Made by a program: the position numbers and the translations under genes. A stretch of 64,000 bases of DNA from Luteimonas sp. (GTDB lineage: Bacteria; Pseudomonadota; Gammaproteobacteria; Xanthomonadales; Xanthomonadaceae). Of the stretch, positions 1 to 16,665 are shown piece after piece. How positions within the stretch are numbered: the stretch's first letter is position 1; each line of letters begins with the position of its first letter. The notes beneath the pieces were generated by a model. The model saw nothing but the letters and a program-made list of their open reading frames with translations, ran no database searches and was not told where the DNA came from. The stretch spans positions 265,071 to 329,070 of the forward strand of contig DATLJE010000009.1 in NCBI GenBank assembly GCA_035539095.1. Direction: 5' to 3'.

Positions 1-690
1 GTCGACGTCGACTGCGACGTCCACAGCGACTACGACTTCGCGCTGACGCAGAAGAGCCTGATCCTGACCCGCAAGACCGGCGCGCCGAAGACCGTGCTGA
101 TGCGGCAGGGACGCTTGTTCATCGACGACCGCTGGGTCGCCGTCGATGCCGCCGACCGCGAGCGCCTGGCCGAGTACGAGAAAAAGGCGCGCGAGACCAT
201 GCCGCTGGCCGCGCAGATCGGCCGCGACGCGGCGACGATCGCCTTCACCGCACTGGGCGAGGTCGCCAAGGGCTTCAGCCGCGACCCGGAGCGCACGGAG
301 GCCAGGCTCCGCGAGGCGCGCGAGGAGCTCGACCGCAGCCTCGCGCGCTCGGTCAGCCCCACCCACTTCAACAGCGCCGACCTCGGCAAGGGCATCGGCG
401 ATGCCGTGGGCGATGCCGTGCCGCTTCTGGTGGGCGACATCGTCGGCGGCGCCCTGCGCGCCGCCTTCACTGGCGATACCGAACGGCTGGAGGAGCTGGA
501 CAACCTCGACAGCCGCATCGACGCCATCGTCGAGCCGCGCGCGAAGGCGCTCGAGCGCAACGCCGAAACACTGTGTCGCAGCATGCGCGCGCTGGACGCC
601 ATCGACGACGCGCTGGACTACCGCCACGACGGCAAGCCGCTCGAGCTGCTGCGGGTCGAAGCCGGGCACCGGAGCCGGTTCGCCGACTGA
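1..690 (+). CDS. hypothetical protein, 5' end outside the window (weak resemblance to DUF2884/YggN-type proteins)
   Basis: Frame 1 is open from base 1 to the stop at 688-690. G/C-rich third positions. ORF-track 94..690 is its Met-started part. Confidence 0.55.
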   Translation, partial: VDVDCDVHSDYDFALTQKSLILTRKTGAPKTVLMRQGRLFIDDRWVAVDAADRERLAEYEKKARETMPLAAQIGRDAATIAFTALGEVAKGFSRDPERTEARLREAREELDRSLARSVSPTHFNSADLGKGIGDAVGDAVPLLVGDIVGGALRAAFTGDTERLEELDNLDSRIDAIVEPRAKALERNAETLCRSMRALDAIDDALDYRHDGKPLELLRVEAGHRSRFAD

Positions 691-855
691 AGCCGCCCCC
701 CGTTCGCGCCGTTCTCTCCCCTGCGGCGCGGATACCGCGCCCTCCGTGCCCCCACGGAGGGCGCTTCCTTTTCCGGCCGCCCGCGCCGTGGTCGAGGTTG
801 GCGCGGGCCGCCCGGCGGGCGACAATGGCGATCCCCTCGCATCCCGGAGCGCGCC

Positions 856-2268
856 ATGGCCGACCTGAAGGAAGCACGCGTCCCCGACATCGGCGGCTAC
901 GACGACGTGCCGGTGATCGAGGTGCTGGTCGCGGTCGGCGACACCGTTGCCAAGGACCAGGGCCTGGTGACCCTGGAATCGGACAAGGCGACGATGGAAG
1001 TGCCCGCACCGTTCGGCGGGGTAGTCAGGGAGCTCAGGCTCAAGGTCGGCGACACCGCGTCCGAGGGCGCGGTGGTGGCCATGATCGAGGCCGAGGGCGA
1101 GGCGGCGCCCGCCAAGGCCCAGCCCGCCGCGGCCCCCGCGCAGCCTGCCTCCGCGCAGCCGGCCGCCGAGCCGCCGCGCGCGCAGCCCGCCGCGGCGCAG
1201 CCGGACAACCGCACCACGGAGACCACCGCGCGGGTCGAGCCGGTGTCCGTCGCCGAGAAGCCCGACAACATCGCCCGCGCCGCGATCGACAGCAAGGGCG
1301 GCCTGTCGTCGGCGCCGCTGCTGCGCTTCGAGGCGGGCGCGCTGATGCCCGACAAGGTGCCTTACGCGAGCCCCGCGGTGCGGCTGTTCGCGCGCGAGCT
1401 GGGCGTGGACCTGATGCGGGTCGAAGGCAGCGCGCGCGGCGGCCGGATCACGAAGGACGACGTGCAGCGCTTCGTCAAGGGCGCACTGCAGGGCGGCGCG
1501 ACAGGCGCCGGCGCGGCGGCCGGCGGCGGGCTGAACCTGCTGCCGTGGCCGAAGGTGGACTTCGCCAAGTTCGGCGAGGTCGAGGTCAAGCCGCTGTCGA
1601 AGATCAAGAAGATCTCCGGCGCAAACCTCGCCCGCAACTGGGCGATGATCCCGCACGTCACCCAGCACGACGACGCCGACATCACCGAGCTCGAGGCGCT
1701 GCGGGTCGCGCTCAACAAGGAAAACGAGAAGGCCGGCATCAAGCTCACCATGCTCGCCTTCATCATGAAGGCCAGCGTCGCGGCGCTGCAGAAGTACCCG
1801 GATTTCAATTCCTCGCTCGACGCCAGCGGCGAGAACCTCACGCTCAAGAAGTACTTCCACGTCGGCTTCGCCGCCGACACGCCCAATGGCCTCGTGGTGC
1901 CGGTGGTGCGCGACTGCGACCGCAAGGGCGTCATCGAGATCGCGCGCGAGACCGGCGAGCTGGCGAAGAAGGCGCGCGACGGCAAGCTCGGCCCGGCCGA
2001 GATGAGCGGCGGCTGCTTCTCGATCAGCTCGCTCGGCGGGATCGGCGGCACCTCGTTCACGCCGATCGTCAACGCGCCGGAAGTCGCGATCCTCGGCGTC
2101 TCCAAGTCGGCGATGAAGCCGGTCTGGAACGGCGAGAAGTTCAAGCCGCGGCTGGTGCTGCCGCTGTCGCTGAGCTACGACCACCGCGTGATCGACGGCG
2201 CCGCCGCGGCGCGCTTCACCGCCTACCTCGCGCAGCTGCTGGGCGACATGCGGCGCGTGCTGCTGTAA
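856..2268 (+). CDS. aceF: pyruvate dehydrogenase E2, dihydrolipoamide acetyltransferase (single lipoyl domain)
   Basis: Lipoyl motif LESDKATMEVP, Ala/Pro linker, subunit-binding segment, C-terminal catalytic DHRVIDGA motif. Confidence 0.93.
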   Translation: MADLKEARVPDIGGYDDVPVIEVLVAVGDTVAKDQGLVTLESDKATMEVPAPFGGVVRELRLKVGDTASEGAVVAMIEAEGEAAPAKAQPAAAPAQPASAQPAAEPPRAQPAAAQPDNRTTETTARVEPVSVAEKPDNIARAAIDSKGGLSSAPLLRFEAGALMPDKVPYASPAVRLFARELGVDLMRVEGSARGGRITKDDVQRFVKGALQGGATGAGAAAGGGLNLLPWPKVDFAKFGEVEVKPLSKIKKISGANLARNWAMIPHVTQHDDADITELEALRVALNKENEKAGIKLTMLAFIMKASVAALQKYPDFNSSLDASGENLTLKKYFHVGFAADTPNGLVVPVVRDCDRKGVIEIARETGELAKKARDGKLGPAEMSGGCFSISSLGGIGGTSFTPIVNAPEVAILGVSKSAMKPVWNGEKFKPRLVLPLSLSYDHRVIDGAAAARFTAYLAQLLGDMRRVLL

Positions 2269-2279
2269 GGCGCGTGCGC

Positions 2280-3455
2280 ATGGCCGCCACGACTCCGCTC
2301 GGCGCCGCCGGCGAAGGCGTGCGCGAGGCGGCCGGCCAGGTCGCCCGGCGCGGGCTGGACGGCCTGGATTCGGTGCTCGACTTCCACCTGCTGCGCGCCG
2401 CCGGCATGGACATCACCGTCGGCGGTCTGGTCGCCGCGGTGCTGGTGGTCCTGCTGGCCTGGCTGCTGTCGGCGCTGCTGCGCCGCGCGGTGCGCCGCTT
2501 CGGCCACCGCCACCAGGGCGTCAACCAAGCCGCGCTGTACACCGTCTCGCGGCTGCTGCATTACGTGCTGCTGGTGACGGGCATCCTGCTGGCGCTGGAC
2601 TTCGCCGGCATCCCGCTGGGCAAGTTCACCATCTTCGCCGGTGCGCTGGGCGTGGGCCTGGGCTTCGGCATGCAGGCGATCTTCGGCAACTTCATCTCCG
2701 GGCTGATCCTGCTGTTCGACCGCTCGCTCAAGATCGGCGACTTCGTCGAGCTCGACAACGACATGCGCGGCACCGTGCACGCGATCAACATCCGCGCCAC
2801 CCGCATCGTCACCAACGACAACATCGGCGTGCTGGTGCCCAACTCCGAGTTCGTCAACGGCCGGGTGGTGAACTGGACCCACCGCAGCGTCAACCGCCGC
2901 ATCCGCGTGCCGTTCCGCGTCGCCTTCGGCGTCGACAAGGAGCTGGTGAAGAAGGCCGCGCTGGAAGCCGCCGCGCGCGTGCCCTTCACCCTCGCCACCG
3001 AGGGCGAGCAGCGGCCGCAGGTGTGGCTGGTGGCCTACGGCGAGAACGGCGTGGAGTTCCTGCTGGTGGTGTGGCTGACCGAGGCCGCAGCGCGGCGCAA
3101 CGTCGCCATCCAGGCCGCCTACCTGTGGGAGCTCGACACCGCGCTGCGCGAGCACGGCATCGAGGTGCCGGCGCCGCAGCGCGACCTGCGCGTGCGCGCG
3201 GCCTTCGGCCTGGAGGGCGCGCGCGCGGTCGCGGCGCTGCTTCCCGGCCCGCAGCCGCCGATGCCGCGCGAGGCGGGCGAGGCGGAGGCGATCGCGCCGC
3301 ACGAGCGCCGCGTGCTTGCCGGCAACGACGCCTCCGAAGACACCCAACGCCGCATCGCCGAGGACGAGGCGATGCGCAGGCAGGCCGAGGAAGACGCGGC
3401 CAAACCCCCATCCAAGGCCGATCCCGCGCGGGATCGCCCGCCCCCCGAGGAGTGA
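2280..3455 (+). CDS. mechanosensitive ion channel, MscS family
   Basis: ATG at 2280 inside ORF 573..3455. TM helices are followed by an MscS-type core (LKIGDFVELDNDMRGTVHAINIRATRIVTNDNIGVLVPNSEF). Confidence 0.85.
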   Translation: MAATTPLGAAGEGVREAAGQVARRGLDGLDSVLDFHLLRAAGMDITVGGLVAAVLVVLLAWLLSALLRRAVRRFGHRHQGVNQAALYTVSRLLHYVLLVTGILLALDFAGIPLGKFTIFAGALGVGLGFGMQAIFGNFISGLILLFDRSLKIGDFVELDNDMRGTVHAINIRATRIVTNDNIGVLVPNSEFVNGRVVNWTHRSVNRRIRVPFRVAFGVDKELVKKAALEAAARVPFTLATEGEQRPQVWLVAYGENGVEFLLVVWLTEAAARRNVAIQAAYLWELDTALREHGIEVPAPQRDLRVRAAFGLEGARAVAALLPGPQPPMPREAGEAEAIAPHERRVLAGNDASEDTQRRIAEDEAMRRQAEEDAAKPPSKADPARDRPPPEE

Positions 3456-3459
3456 AGAC

Positions 3460-5325
<1,866 letters not shown>

Positions 5326-5567
5326 CCGCGGGTCCGCCCGCGCCCCGAGGTACTCGCCGGGGCGCGGCCGGGACGCAGCCGGGGATCGGGCAAAGAGAAG
5401 CCCCGGCCATGGAGAACCGGGGCTCCGGGGGCCTGCCGCGGATTCGACGAGGAAGCAGGACGCAGGCCTTGTGTCCACTGACCGCGGCCATCGCCGAAGG
5501 TTCCGCGACCCGGGCGGGCGCGGGCCGCCGCGGGCGCGGAAACCCGGGAAATCAGGGCTTCCGGCGG

Positions 5568-5597
5568 TTGCCGCTGAAATTGGGCCCCTGCTATACT
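5568..5597 (+). promoter_or_regulatory. candidate sigma-70 promoter of the atp operon (TTGCCG-N18-TATACT)
   Basis: Hexamers read directly, ~75 nt upstream of atpI. Not verified. Confidence 0.35.
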
Positions 5598-5671
5598 TCC
5601 GCGGCTTCGCAGGAGGGATTTGCACCGGGCCGTCAGGCAACCCTCCGCGGCGAGCCCCGCAAGCTGAACAG

Positions 5672-7295
<1,624 letters not shown>

Positions 7296-7369
7296 TCCGG
7301 GCACGCTGACCAAGCAAGCGATTCAGGCATCGCCGGCGGCGCGTCCGCCGGCACCAGGAGCACAGCACC

Positions 7370-7840
7370 ATGCTACCCAACCTCACTCTGGTCATTCAGG
7401 GATTCGCGTTCATCGCGGTCGCGTGGCTGGTGATGAAATTCGGCTGGCCGCACATCATCGGCGCGATCGAGGAACGCCAGCAGAAGATCGCCGAAGGCCT
7501 CGCCGCCGCCGACAACAGCCAGAAGGCGCTGGCGCAGGCGCAGGACCAGGTCAACGAAGAGTTGAAGCACGCCCGCGCCAAGGCCAACGAGATCATCGAG
7601 CAGGCCCACCAGCGCGCCAACCAGATCATCGACGCCGCGAAGGCCGAGGCGGTCGCGGAAGGGCAGCGCCAGAAGGCGCTGGCCGAGAGCGAGATCGTCG
7701 CGGCCTCCAACCGGGCGCGCGAGGACCTGCGCAAGCAGGTGTCCGCACTGGCGGTCGGCGGCGCCGAGAAGCTGCTGCGCCGCGAGATCGATGCCGGCGC
7801 GCACAAGGCGCTGCTGGACGAGCTGGCCGCAGAGATCTGA
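7370..7840 (+). CDS. atpF: F0F1 ATP synthase subunit b
   Basis: N-terminal TM helix followed by a long charged coiled coil. Operon position. Confidence 0.93.
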   Translation: MLPNLTLVIQGFAFIAVAWLVMKFGWPHIIGAIEERQQKIAEGLAAADNSQKALAQAQDQVNEELKHARAKANEIIEQAHQRANQIIDAAKAEAVAEGQRQKALAESEIVAASNRAREDLRKQVSALAVGGAEKLLRREIDAGAHKALLDELAAEI

Positions 7841-7843
7841 TCG

Positions 7844-8371
7844 ATGAGCCAGGCCCTCACCCTTGCCCGTCCCTACGCGCGCGCCGCGTTCGCGATCGCA
7901 CGCGACGGCAACGCCTTCGCGCCGTGGTCGCAGGCGCTCGGCTTCGCCGCCCGCGTCGCGGCCGACCCGCGCGTCGCCGGCCTGCTCGGCGATCCGAAGC
8001 TCGGCGACGCCGAAGCGGTCGCGCTGCTCTCGCCCGACGCCGCCGCGCAGCCGTTCGGCGACTTCCTCGCGCTGCTTGCCGACAACCGCCGCCTCGCGCT
8101 GCTGCCGGAGATCGCCGGCCTGTACGAGGACCTGCGCGCCGAGGCCGAGCGCGTGGTCAAGGCCAGGGTGACCTCGGCGGCGGAACTGCCGGCGGGCGAG
8201 CTCGACACGCTCAAGGCCGCGCTCAAGCGCCGCTTCGGCCGCGAGGTCGAGGTCGAGACGGCGGTCGACGCGTCGCTGATCGGCGGCGCGGTGATCGACG
8301 TCGGCGACGTGGTCATCGACGGCTCGCTCAAGGGCAAGCTCGAACGCCTGCAGGCCGCGCTCGCAGGCTGA
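7844..8371 (+). CDS. atpH: F0F1 ATP synthase subunit delta
   Basis: OSCP-like sequence (LARPYARAAF...IGGAVI). Operon position. Confidence 0.93.
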   Translation: MSQALTLARPYARAAFAIARDGNAFAPWSQALGFAARVAADPRVAGLLGDPKLGDAEAVALLSPDAAAQPFGDFLALLADNRRLALLPEIAGLYEDLRAEAERVVKARVTSAAELPAGELDTLKAALKRRFGREVEVETAVDASLIGGAVIDVGDVVIDGSLKGKLERLQAALAG

Positions 8372-8378
8372 TTGATTC

Positions 8379-8438
8379 GTAGGGCGGGCCCCGGCCCGCC
8401 GGAATGCAACCGTGATGGCGGGCCAGGGCCCGCCCTAC
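8379..8438. repeat. REP-like palindromic element (gtagggcgggcc...ggcccgccctac family)
   Basis: Inverted arms read directly in the atpH-atpA spacer. It creates the spurious N-terminal extension of ORF 8412. Confidence 0.7.
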
Positions 8439-8450
8439 AGGAAAACCGCA

Positions 8451-10016
<1,566 letters not shown>

Positions 10017-10020
10017 GCAA

Positions 10021-10080
10021 TGCGCAGGGTGGGCCTTGGCCCACCTTCCGCGGCAACGGTGGGCCAGCGCCCACCCCACG
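10021..10080. repeat. REP-like element (ggtgggcc..ggcccacc hairpins)
   Basis: Two short hairpins in the atpA-atpG spacer. Confidence 0.55.
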
Positions 10081-10103
10081 TGACGGGATAGCGAGCAAAG
10101 CAG

Positions 10104-10967
10104 ATGGCCGGCGGCAGAGAAATCAAAACCAAGATCAAGAGCGTGCAGAACACCCGCAAGGTGACGCGCGCGCTCGAGATGGTCTCGGCTTCCAAGATCC
10201 GCAAGGCGCAGGAGCGGATGAAGTCGTCGCGCCCGTACGCGCGCGCGATGAAGCAGGTCATCGGCCACCTGGCGCAGGCGAACTCGGAGTTCCAGCACCC
10301 CTACCTGGTCGAGCGCGCGCAGATCAGGCGCGTGGGCTATGTCATCGTCTCCTCCGACCGCGGACTGGCCGGCGGCCTCAACAACAACCTGTTCCGCAAG
10401 CTGCTCGGCGAGATGCGCCAGTGGCAGGAGCAGGGCGTCGAGGTCGACGTGGTCACCATCGGCCAGAAGGCCTCGGTGTTCTTCCGCCGGATCAAAGTGA
10501 ACATGCTGGCCACCGTGACCCACCTGGGCGACACGCCGCGGGTGGAGCAGCTGATCGGCGTGATCAAGGTGATGCTGGACGCCTACAGCGGCGGCCAGGT
10601 CGACAAGGTGTTCCTGGCCTACAACGACTTCGTCAACACGATGACCCAGCGCGCGGCGTTCGACCAGCTGCTGCCGCTGCCGGCGTCCAACGACGCGGTC
10701 GCCCACCACGACTGGGACTACATCTACGAGCCCGACGCGCAGACCGTGCTCGAGCACGTGCTCACCCGCTACGTGGAGTCGCTGGTGTACCAGGCGGTGA
10801 TGGAGAACGTGGCTTCCGAGCACGCCGCGCGCATGGTCGCGATGAAGGCCGCGAGCGACAACGCCAGCAAGCTGATCGACACCCTGAACCTGGTCTACAA
10901 CAAGGCCCGGCAGGCGGCGATCACCCAGGAAATTTCCGAGATCGTGGGTGGCGCGGCAGCGGTGTAA
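10104..10967 (+). CDS. atpG: F0F1 ATP synthase subunit gamma
   Basis: [31 protein letters not shown] start and C-terminal [14 protein letters not shown]. Confidence 0.96.
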   Translation: MAGGREIKTKIKSVQNTRKVTRALEMVSASKIRKAQERMKSSRPYARAMKQVIGHLAQANSEFQHPYLVERAQIRRVGYVIVSSDRGLAGGLNNNLFRKLLGEMRQWQEQGVEVDVVTIGQKASVFFRRIKVNMLATVTHLGDTPRVEQLIGVIKVMLDAYSGGQVDKVFLAYNDFVNTMTQRAAFDQLLPLPASNDAVAHHDWDYIYEPDAQTVLEHVLTRYVESLVYQAVMENVASEHAARMVAMKAASDNASKLIDTLNLVYNKARQAAITQEISEIVGGAAAV

Positions 10968-11017
10968 CAGGAACAACCGAGATCGTCGGCGGCGCTGCGG
11001 CGGTCTGACCCTTTCCT

Positions 11018-12530
<1,513 letters not shown>

Positions 12531-12539
12531 GGTTTGCAT

Positions 12540-12634
12540 CCCCTCTCCCGCCCGCGGGAGAGGGTCAGGGTGAGGGCCCGGCTTTTCGCCGCGCCCCTCG
12601 CCCCCACCCCGGCCTCCCCCGCAAGCGGGGGAGG
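12540..12634. repeat. REP-like three-hairpin element, same family as 3758-3862
   Basis: cccctctcccgcccgcgggagaggg, then ggtgagggc...gcccctcgcc, then cctcccccgcaagcgggggagg. It fills the atpD-atpC spacer. Confidence 0.75.
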
Positions 12635-12660
12635 GGGAAATGGAAGAGAAGCGTTTACTT

Positions 12661-13086
12661 ATGAGCAGCACCATCCGTTGCGACATCGTCAGCGCCGAGC
12701 ACGAGATCTTCCATGGCGAAGCCGAGATGATCGTGGCCACCGGCGAGATGGGCGAGCTCGGCATCGCGCCGCGCCACGCGCCGCTGATCACCCGGCTCAA
12801 GCCCGGCAAGGTGGTGGTCACCCAGCCCGGCGGCGAGGTGCTGGACTTCGCGATCTCCGGCGGCATCCTGGAGGTGCAGCCGCAGCTGGTCACGATCCTG
12901 GCCGACACCGCGGTGCGTGCGCAGGACATCGACGAGGCCGCGGTGCGCGCGGCGATGGAAGAGGCCGAGCGCGCGCTGGCCAACAAGGACCCGAAGATGA
13001 GCGCCGAGGAAGCGCAGACCCAGCTGGCGATGAGCATCGCCCAGCTCAGCGCGCTGGAGCGGCTGCGCAAGAACCTCAAGCACTGA
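12661..13086 (+). CDS. atpC: F0F1 ATP synthase subunit epsilon
   Basis: ATG at 12661 ([21 protein letters not shown]) within ORF 12640..13086. Confidence 0.93.
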   Translation: MSSTIRCDIVSAEHEIFHGEAEMIVATGEMGELGIAPRHAPLITRLKPGKVVVTQPGGEVLDFAISGGILEVQPQLVTILADTAVRAQDIDEAAVRAAMEEAERALANKDPKMSAEEAQTQLAMSIAQLSALERLRKNLKH

Positions 13087-13114
13087 GCCGCGGGTTCGAC
13101 CTGCGCGACGAGGA

Positions 13115-13137
13115 CGCCGGCGCAAGCCGGCGTTTTT
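13115..13137 (+). terminator. rho-independent terminator of the atp operon
   Basis: cgccggc-gcaa-gccggcg stem-loop followed by TTTTT. Confidence 0.7.
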
Positions 13138-13191
13138 CGTTGGGATCACGCCAGCCGGCAGCGACCAGGCCCGGGAGTTCGCGCCTGCCAG

Positions 13192-13264
13192 CTGTCATCC
13201 CGAGCGTAGCGAGGGATCTGTTTCGCGCGGGGCGGCAGATCCCTCGCTGCGCTCGGGATGACAG
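13192..13264. repeat. REP-like palindrome (ctgtcatcccgagcgyagcgagggatc family)
   Basis: Inverted arms read directly. Further copies at 33001-33074 and 36947-37019. Confidence 0.8.
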
Positions 13265-13315
13265 CGAAAGGACACGACATTCCGCGGGCCCCGTCCCGGG
13301 TCGCCGTTCCTCGCC

Positions 13316-13699
13316 CTAGCGCTTGTAGACCCAGTGCCGCGACAGCACGAACCCGAGCACGCCCAGCGCCAGCTCGATCGCGGGCTTGGCCAGCCACGCC
13401 CAGCCCAGCCCGAACAGTTCGTCGATGTGGGTCATCGACCAGGTGCTGACCGCGGTGGTGCCCAGCCACATCAGCACGAAGCGCACGAGCTGGGTGCGGC
13501 CGACCGCGGTGTCCTCGCCGGCGAAGGTGAGCTTGCCGTTGAGCCAGTAGCCCAGCAGCGCGCCGCTCACGCGGCCGGCGACGTTGGCCGGGCCCACGCG
13601 CATGCCGAAGTGGCTCAGCGCGACCATCACCGCCCAGTCCACCAGCCACTGGATCCCGCCGATGAGCAGGTAGTGGCGGCCCTGCCGGGTCAGGCTCAT
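13316..13699 (-). CDS. GtrA-family membrane protein
   Basis: 127 aa, four hydrophobic segments. N-terminal [12 protein letters not shown] and C-terminal LSRHWVYKR are typical of GtrA-like proteins. Confidence 0.75.
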   Translation of the reverse strand: MSLTRQGRHYLLIGGIQWLVDWAVMVALSHFGMRVGPANVAGRVSGALLGYWLNGKLTFAGEDTAVGRTQLVRFVLMWLGTTAVSTWSMTHIDELFGLGWAWLAKPAIELALGVLGFVLSRHWVYKR

Positions 13700-13836
13700 G
13701 CGCGGGAGGCGGCGGCGGGCGCGCGCGGCGGCGCGGCGGGGACGGCTTCGGGCATGGGCGCTGCGGGTCGTGGGCGTGGCCCCGCATCGTAATGCCAGCG
13801 CCGTTAGAATTCAGCGATTCCAGACAGGATCCCCGC

Positions 13837-15207
13837 ATGGCCACGCCGCTGCACGTCGTGATCCTCGCCGCCGGCGAGGGCAAGCGCATGAAGTCCTCGC
13901 TGCCCAAGGTGCTGCAGCAGGTCGCGGGCCGGCCGATGCTGGCGCACGTCGTCGACGTCGCGCGCGAACTGCAGCCGGCCGGCATCCATGTCGTTTACGG
14001 CCACGGCGGCGCGCAGGTGCTCGATGCCTTCGCCGGCCAGCCCGACCTGCACTGGGCCGAGCAGGCGCGCCAGCTCGGCACCGGGCACGCGGTGCAGCAG
14101 GCCATGCCCGGGATCCCGGACGAGGCGCGCGTGCTGGTGCTGTACGGCGACGTGCCGCTGATCACCGCCGCCAGCCTGCGGCGCCTGCTCGAGGCGCCCG
14201 GCCGCATCGCCGTGCTGGTCGCCGAGCCCGCCGATCCCACCGGCTACGGCCGCGTGCTGCGCGACACCGAAGGGCGGGTCGGCGCCATCGTCGAGCACAA
14301 GGACGCCGACGAGGAACAGCGTCGCGTGCGCACCATCAACACCGGCATCCTGGTCGCCGACGCGACCGCGCTCAAGGCATGGCTGGCGCGGCTGTCGAGC
14401 GACAACGCGCAGGGCGAGTACTACCTGACCGACGTGTTCGCGATGGCCGCGCACGAGTACACCGCGGCGGAGATGGTGATGGTCGACGACCCGCTCGAGA
14501 CCGAGGGCGCCAACGACCCCTGGCAGCTGGCGCAGCTCGAGCGCGCGTTCCAGCGCCGCGCGGTGCGCGTGCTGTGCGCGCAGGGCGCGCGCTTCGCCGA
14601 CCCGGCACGGGTGGACATCCGCGGCACGGTGAGCGTCGGCCAGGACGTCGAGATCGACGTCGATGTCGTCCTCGAGGGCCGGGTGGAACTCGGCGACGGC
14701 GTGCGCATCGGCCCGTTCTGCCGCATCCGCGACGCGATGCTGGCCGCGGGCACGCAGGTGCGCGCGCACTGCGACATCGACGGCGCGCGCACCGAGGGCG
14801 CGGTGCAGGTCGGCCCGTTCGCGCGGCTGCGCCCGGGCACGGTGCTCGCCGACGGCGTGCACGTGGGCAACTTCGTCGAGACCAAGAACGCGCGCGTGGG
14901 CGTGGGCAGCAAGGCCAACCACCTCACCTACCTCGGCGACGCCGAGGTCGGCGCCGGGGTCAACATCGGCGCCGGCACCATCACCTGCAACTACGACGGC
15001 GCCAACAAGACGACCACCACGATCGAGGACGAGGCCTTCATCGGCTCGAACTCCTCGCTGGTCGCGCCGGTGCGGATCGGCAAGGGCGCGACCATCGGTG
15101 CCGGCTCGGTGATCGGCAGCGACGCGCCGGCCGGCGAGCTCACCGTGGCGCGCGCGCGGCAGGTGACCATCGAGGGCTGGCAGCGGCCGAAGAAGAAGCC
15201 GAAGTAG
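13837..15207 (+). CDS. glmU: bifunctional UDP-N-acetylglucosamine pyrophosphorylase / GlcN-1-P acetyltransferase
   Basis: ATG at 13837 ([20 protein letters not shown]). C-terminal left-handed beta-helix hexapeptide repeats. Confidence 0.95.
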   Translation: MATPLHVVILAAGEGKRMKSSLPKVLQQVAGRPMLAHVVDVARELQPAGIHVVYGHGGAQVLDAFAGQPDLHWAEQARQLGTGHAVQQAMPGIPDEARVLVLYGDVPLITAASLRRLLEAPGRIAVLVAEPADPTGYGRVLRDTEGRVGAIVEHKDADEEQRRVRTINTGILVADATALKAWLARLSSDNAQGEYYLTDVFAMAAHEYTAAEMVMVDDPLETEGANDPWQLAQLERAFQRRAVRVLCAQGARFADPARVDIRGTVSVGQDVEIDVDVVLEGRVELGDGVRIGPFCRIRDAMLAAGTQVRAHCDIDGARTEGAVQVGPFARLRPGTVLADGVHVGNFVETKNARVGVGSKANHLTYLGDAEVGAGVNIGAGTITCNYDGANKTTTTIEDEAFIGSNSSLVAPVRIGKGATIGAGSVIGSDAPAGELTVARARQVTIEGWQRPKKKPK

Positions 15208-15249
15208 CCGTTGTCGGCGGGAGCGACGGAAGTCGCCGCGCGCCTGCTT

Positions 15250-15326
15250 GTGGGAGCGGCTTCAGCGCGAGCTCTTCGCGACGCTTTCGAGGACCACCAA
15301 AAGCTCGCGGCTGAAGCCGCTCCCAC
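15250..15326. repeat. REP-like palindrome (gtgggagcggcttcagcgcgagc ... gctcgcggctgaagccgctcccac)
   Basis: Inverted arms read directly between glmU and the convergent kinase gene. Confidence 0.75.
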
Positions 15327-15354
15327 GACGGCATTCGGGGCACTGCGTGCCGCC

Positions 15355-16665
15355 TTACCCGGGCAGCACCATCGACACGCACAGCCCGCCGCCGTCGCGG
15401 TTGAGCAGGGCGATGCGGCCGCCGTGCGCCTCGGCGATCTCGCGCGCCAGCGCCAGGCCCAGTCCGGTGCCGTGGCGCTTGGTCGAGTAGAACGGCAGCA
15501 GCGCGTTGGCCAGCACCGCCTCGTTCATGCCGCTGCCGCGGTCGAGCACCTCCAGGCGCCAGGCCCCCGGGATGCGTCGCAGCGACAGCCGCACCTCGCC
15601 GGCGGTCGAGCCGGATTCGTGCGCGTTCTTGAGCAGGTTGAGCAGCGCCTGCTCCATCTGCGCGGCGTCGATGCGCGCGATGCCGTCGGCCGGGCGCAGG
15701 TCGACCACGAAATCCACCTGGCTGCGCAGCTGGGCGACGAACTGCCGCCATTCCACCGGCTCCAGCCGCGGCGCCGGCAGCTTGGCGAAGCGCGCGTAGT
15801 CGCGGATGAAGCCTTCCAGGTGGCGCGCGCGCTCCTCGATCGTGGCCAGCGCGGTCGGCAAGCGCTCGTGCTGGCCGCGGCGCAGCAGCTCGGCGCCCGA
15901 ATGCGCGAGCGAGGCGATCGGTGCCAGCGAGTTGTTGAGCTCGTGGCTGATCACCCGGATCACCTTCTTCCACGTCTGCACTTCCTGCCGGCGCAGCTCG
16001 GCGGTGAGCAGGCGCAGCAGCACCAGCTCGTGCGGGCGGCCGTTGAGGCGGAATGTGCGGCGCGAGAGGTGGTAGATGTCCTCGTGGTCGTCGTCGCCGA
16101 CGGTGAACATGCCGTCGCCGCCGCGCGCGAAGGCCTCGCGCACCGCGTCGCTGGTGGTGGCGAGCAGGTCGTCGAAGGACCGGCCTTCGAGCTTGTGGCC
16201 GTCGCCGAAGGTCTTGCGCGCCGCGAGGTTGCCCAGCACCACCCGCCGCGACGGATCGAGCAGCAGCATCGCCACCGGCGTGTTCTGCACCATCGTGTCG
16301 AGCAGCAGCTCGCGCTGCACCAGCGCCTGGCGCTGCTCGCGCAGCACCTGGCCGAGCAGGTTATGGCTGTCGACCAGCTCGCGCAGCTCGCCGCGGCCCC
16401 GCCAGGAGATGCCGAAGCTGTAGTCGCCGTCGCGGTAGCTGGCCACGCTGCCGGCCATGGCGCGGAACAGCGAGCGCACCGGCGCGAACATCCGCCGCAC
16501 GTGGTAGACCAGCAGCGGCAGCGGCAACACCGTGCCCAGCGCGACCGCCGCCCACGGTTGCAGCCACCGCGCGAGCAGCAGCGCGAGCGCGGCGGCGGCG
16601 AGCATGTAGGCCGCGGTGAGCGCGGCGTAGACGATGTTCAGCGGGAGGCGATGCCACCAGTGCAT
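15355..16665 (-). CDS. sensor histidine kinase (two TM helices, PAS-like, HisKA, HATPase)
   Basis: ATG at 16665 ([13 protein letters not shown]) inside ORF 15355..18042. H-box ISHELNNSLAPI, N-box LLNLLKNAHES, G-boxes DRGSGM and GTGLGLA. Confidence 0.9.
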   Translation of the reverse strand: MHWWHRLPLNIVYAALTAAYMLAAAALALLLARWLQPWAAVALGTVLPLPLLVYHVRRMFAPVRSLFRAMAGSVASYRDGDYSFGISWRGRGELRELVDSHNLLGQVLREQRQALVQRELLLDTMVQNTPVAMLLLDPSRRVVLGNLAARKTFGDGHKLEGRSFDDLLATTSDAVREAFARGGDGMFTVGDDDHEDIYHLSRRTFRLNGRPHELVLLRLLTAELRRQEVQTWKKVIRVISHELNNSLAPIASLAHSGAELLRRGQHERLPTALATIEERARHLEGFIRDYARFAKLPAPRLEPVEWRQFVAQLRSQVDFVVDLRPADGIARIDAAQMEQALLNLLKNAHESGSTAGEVRLSLRRIPGAWRLEVLDRGSGMNEAVLANALLPFYSTKRHGTGLGLALAREIAEAHGGRIALLNRDGGGLCVSMVLPG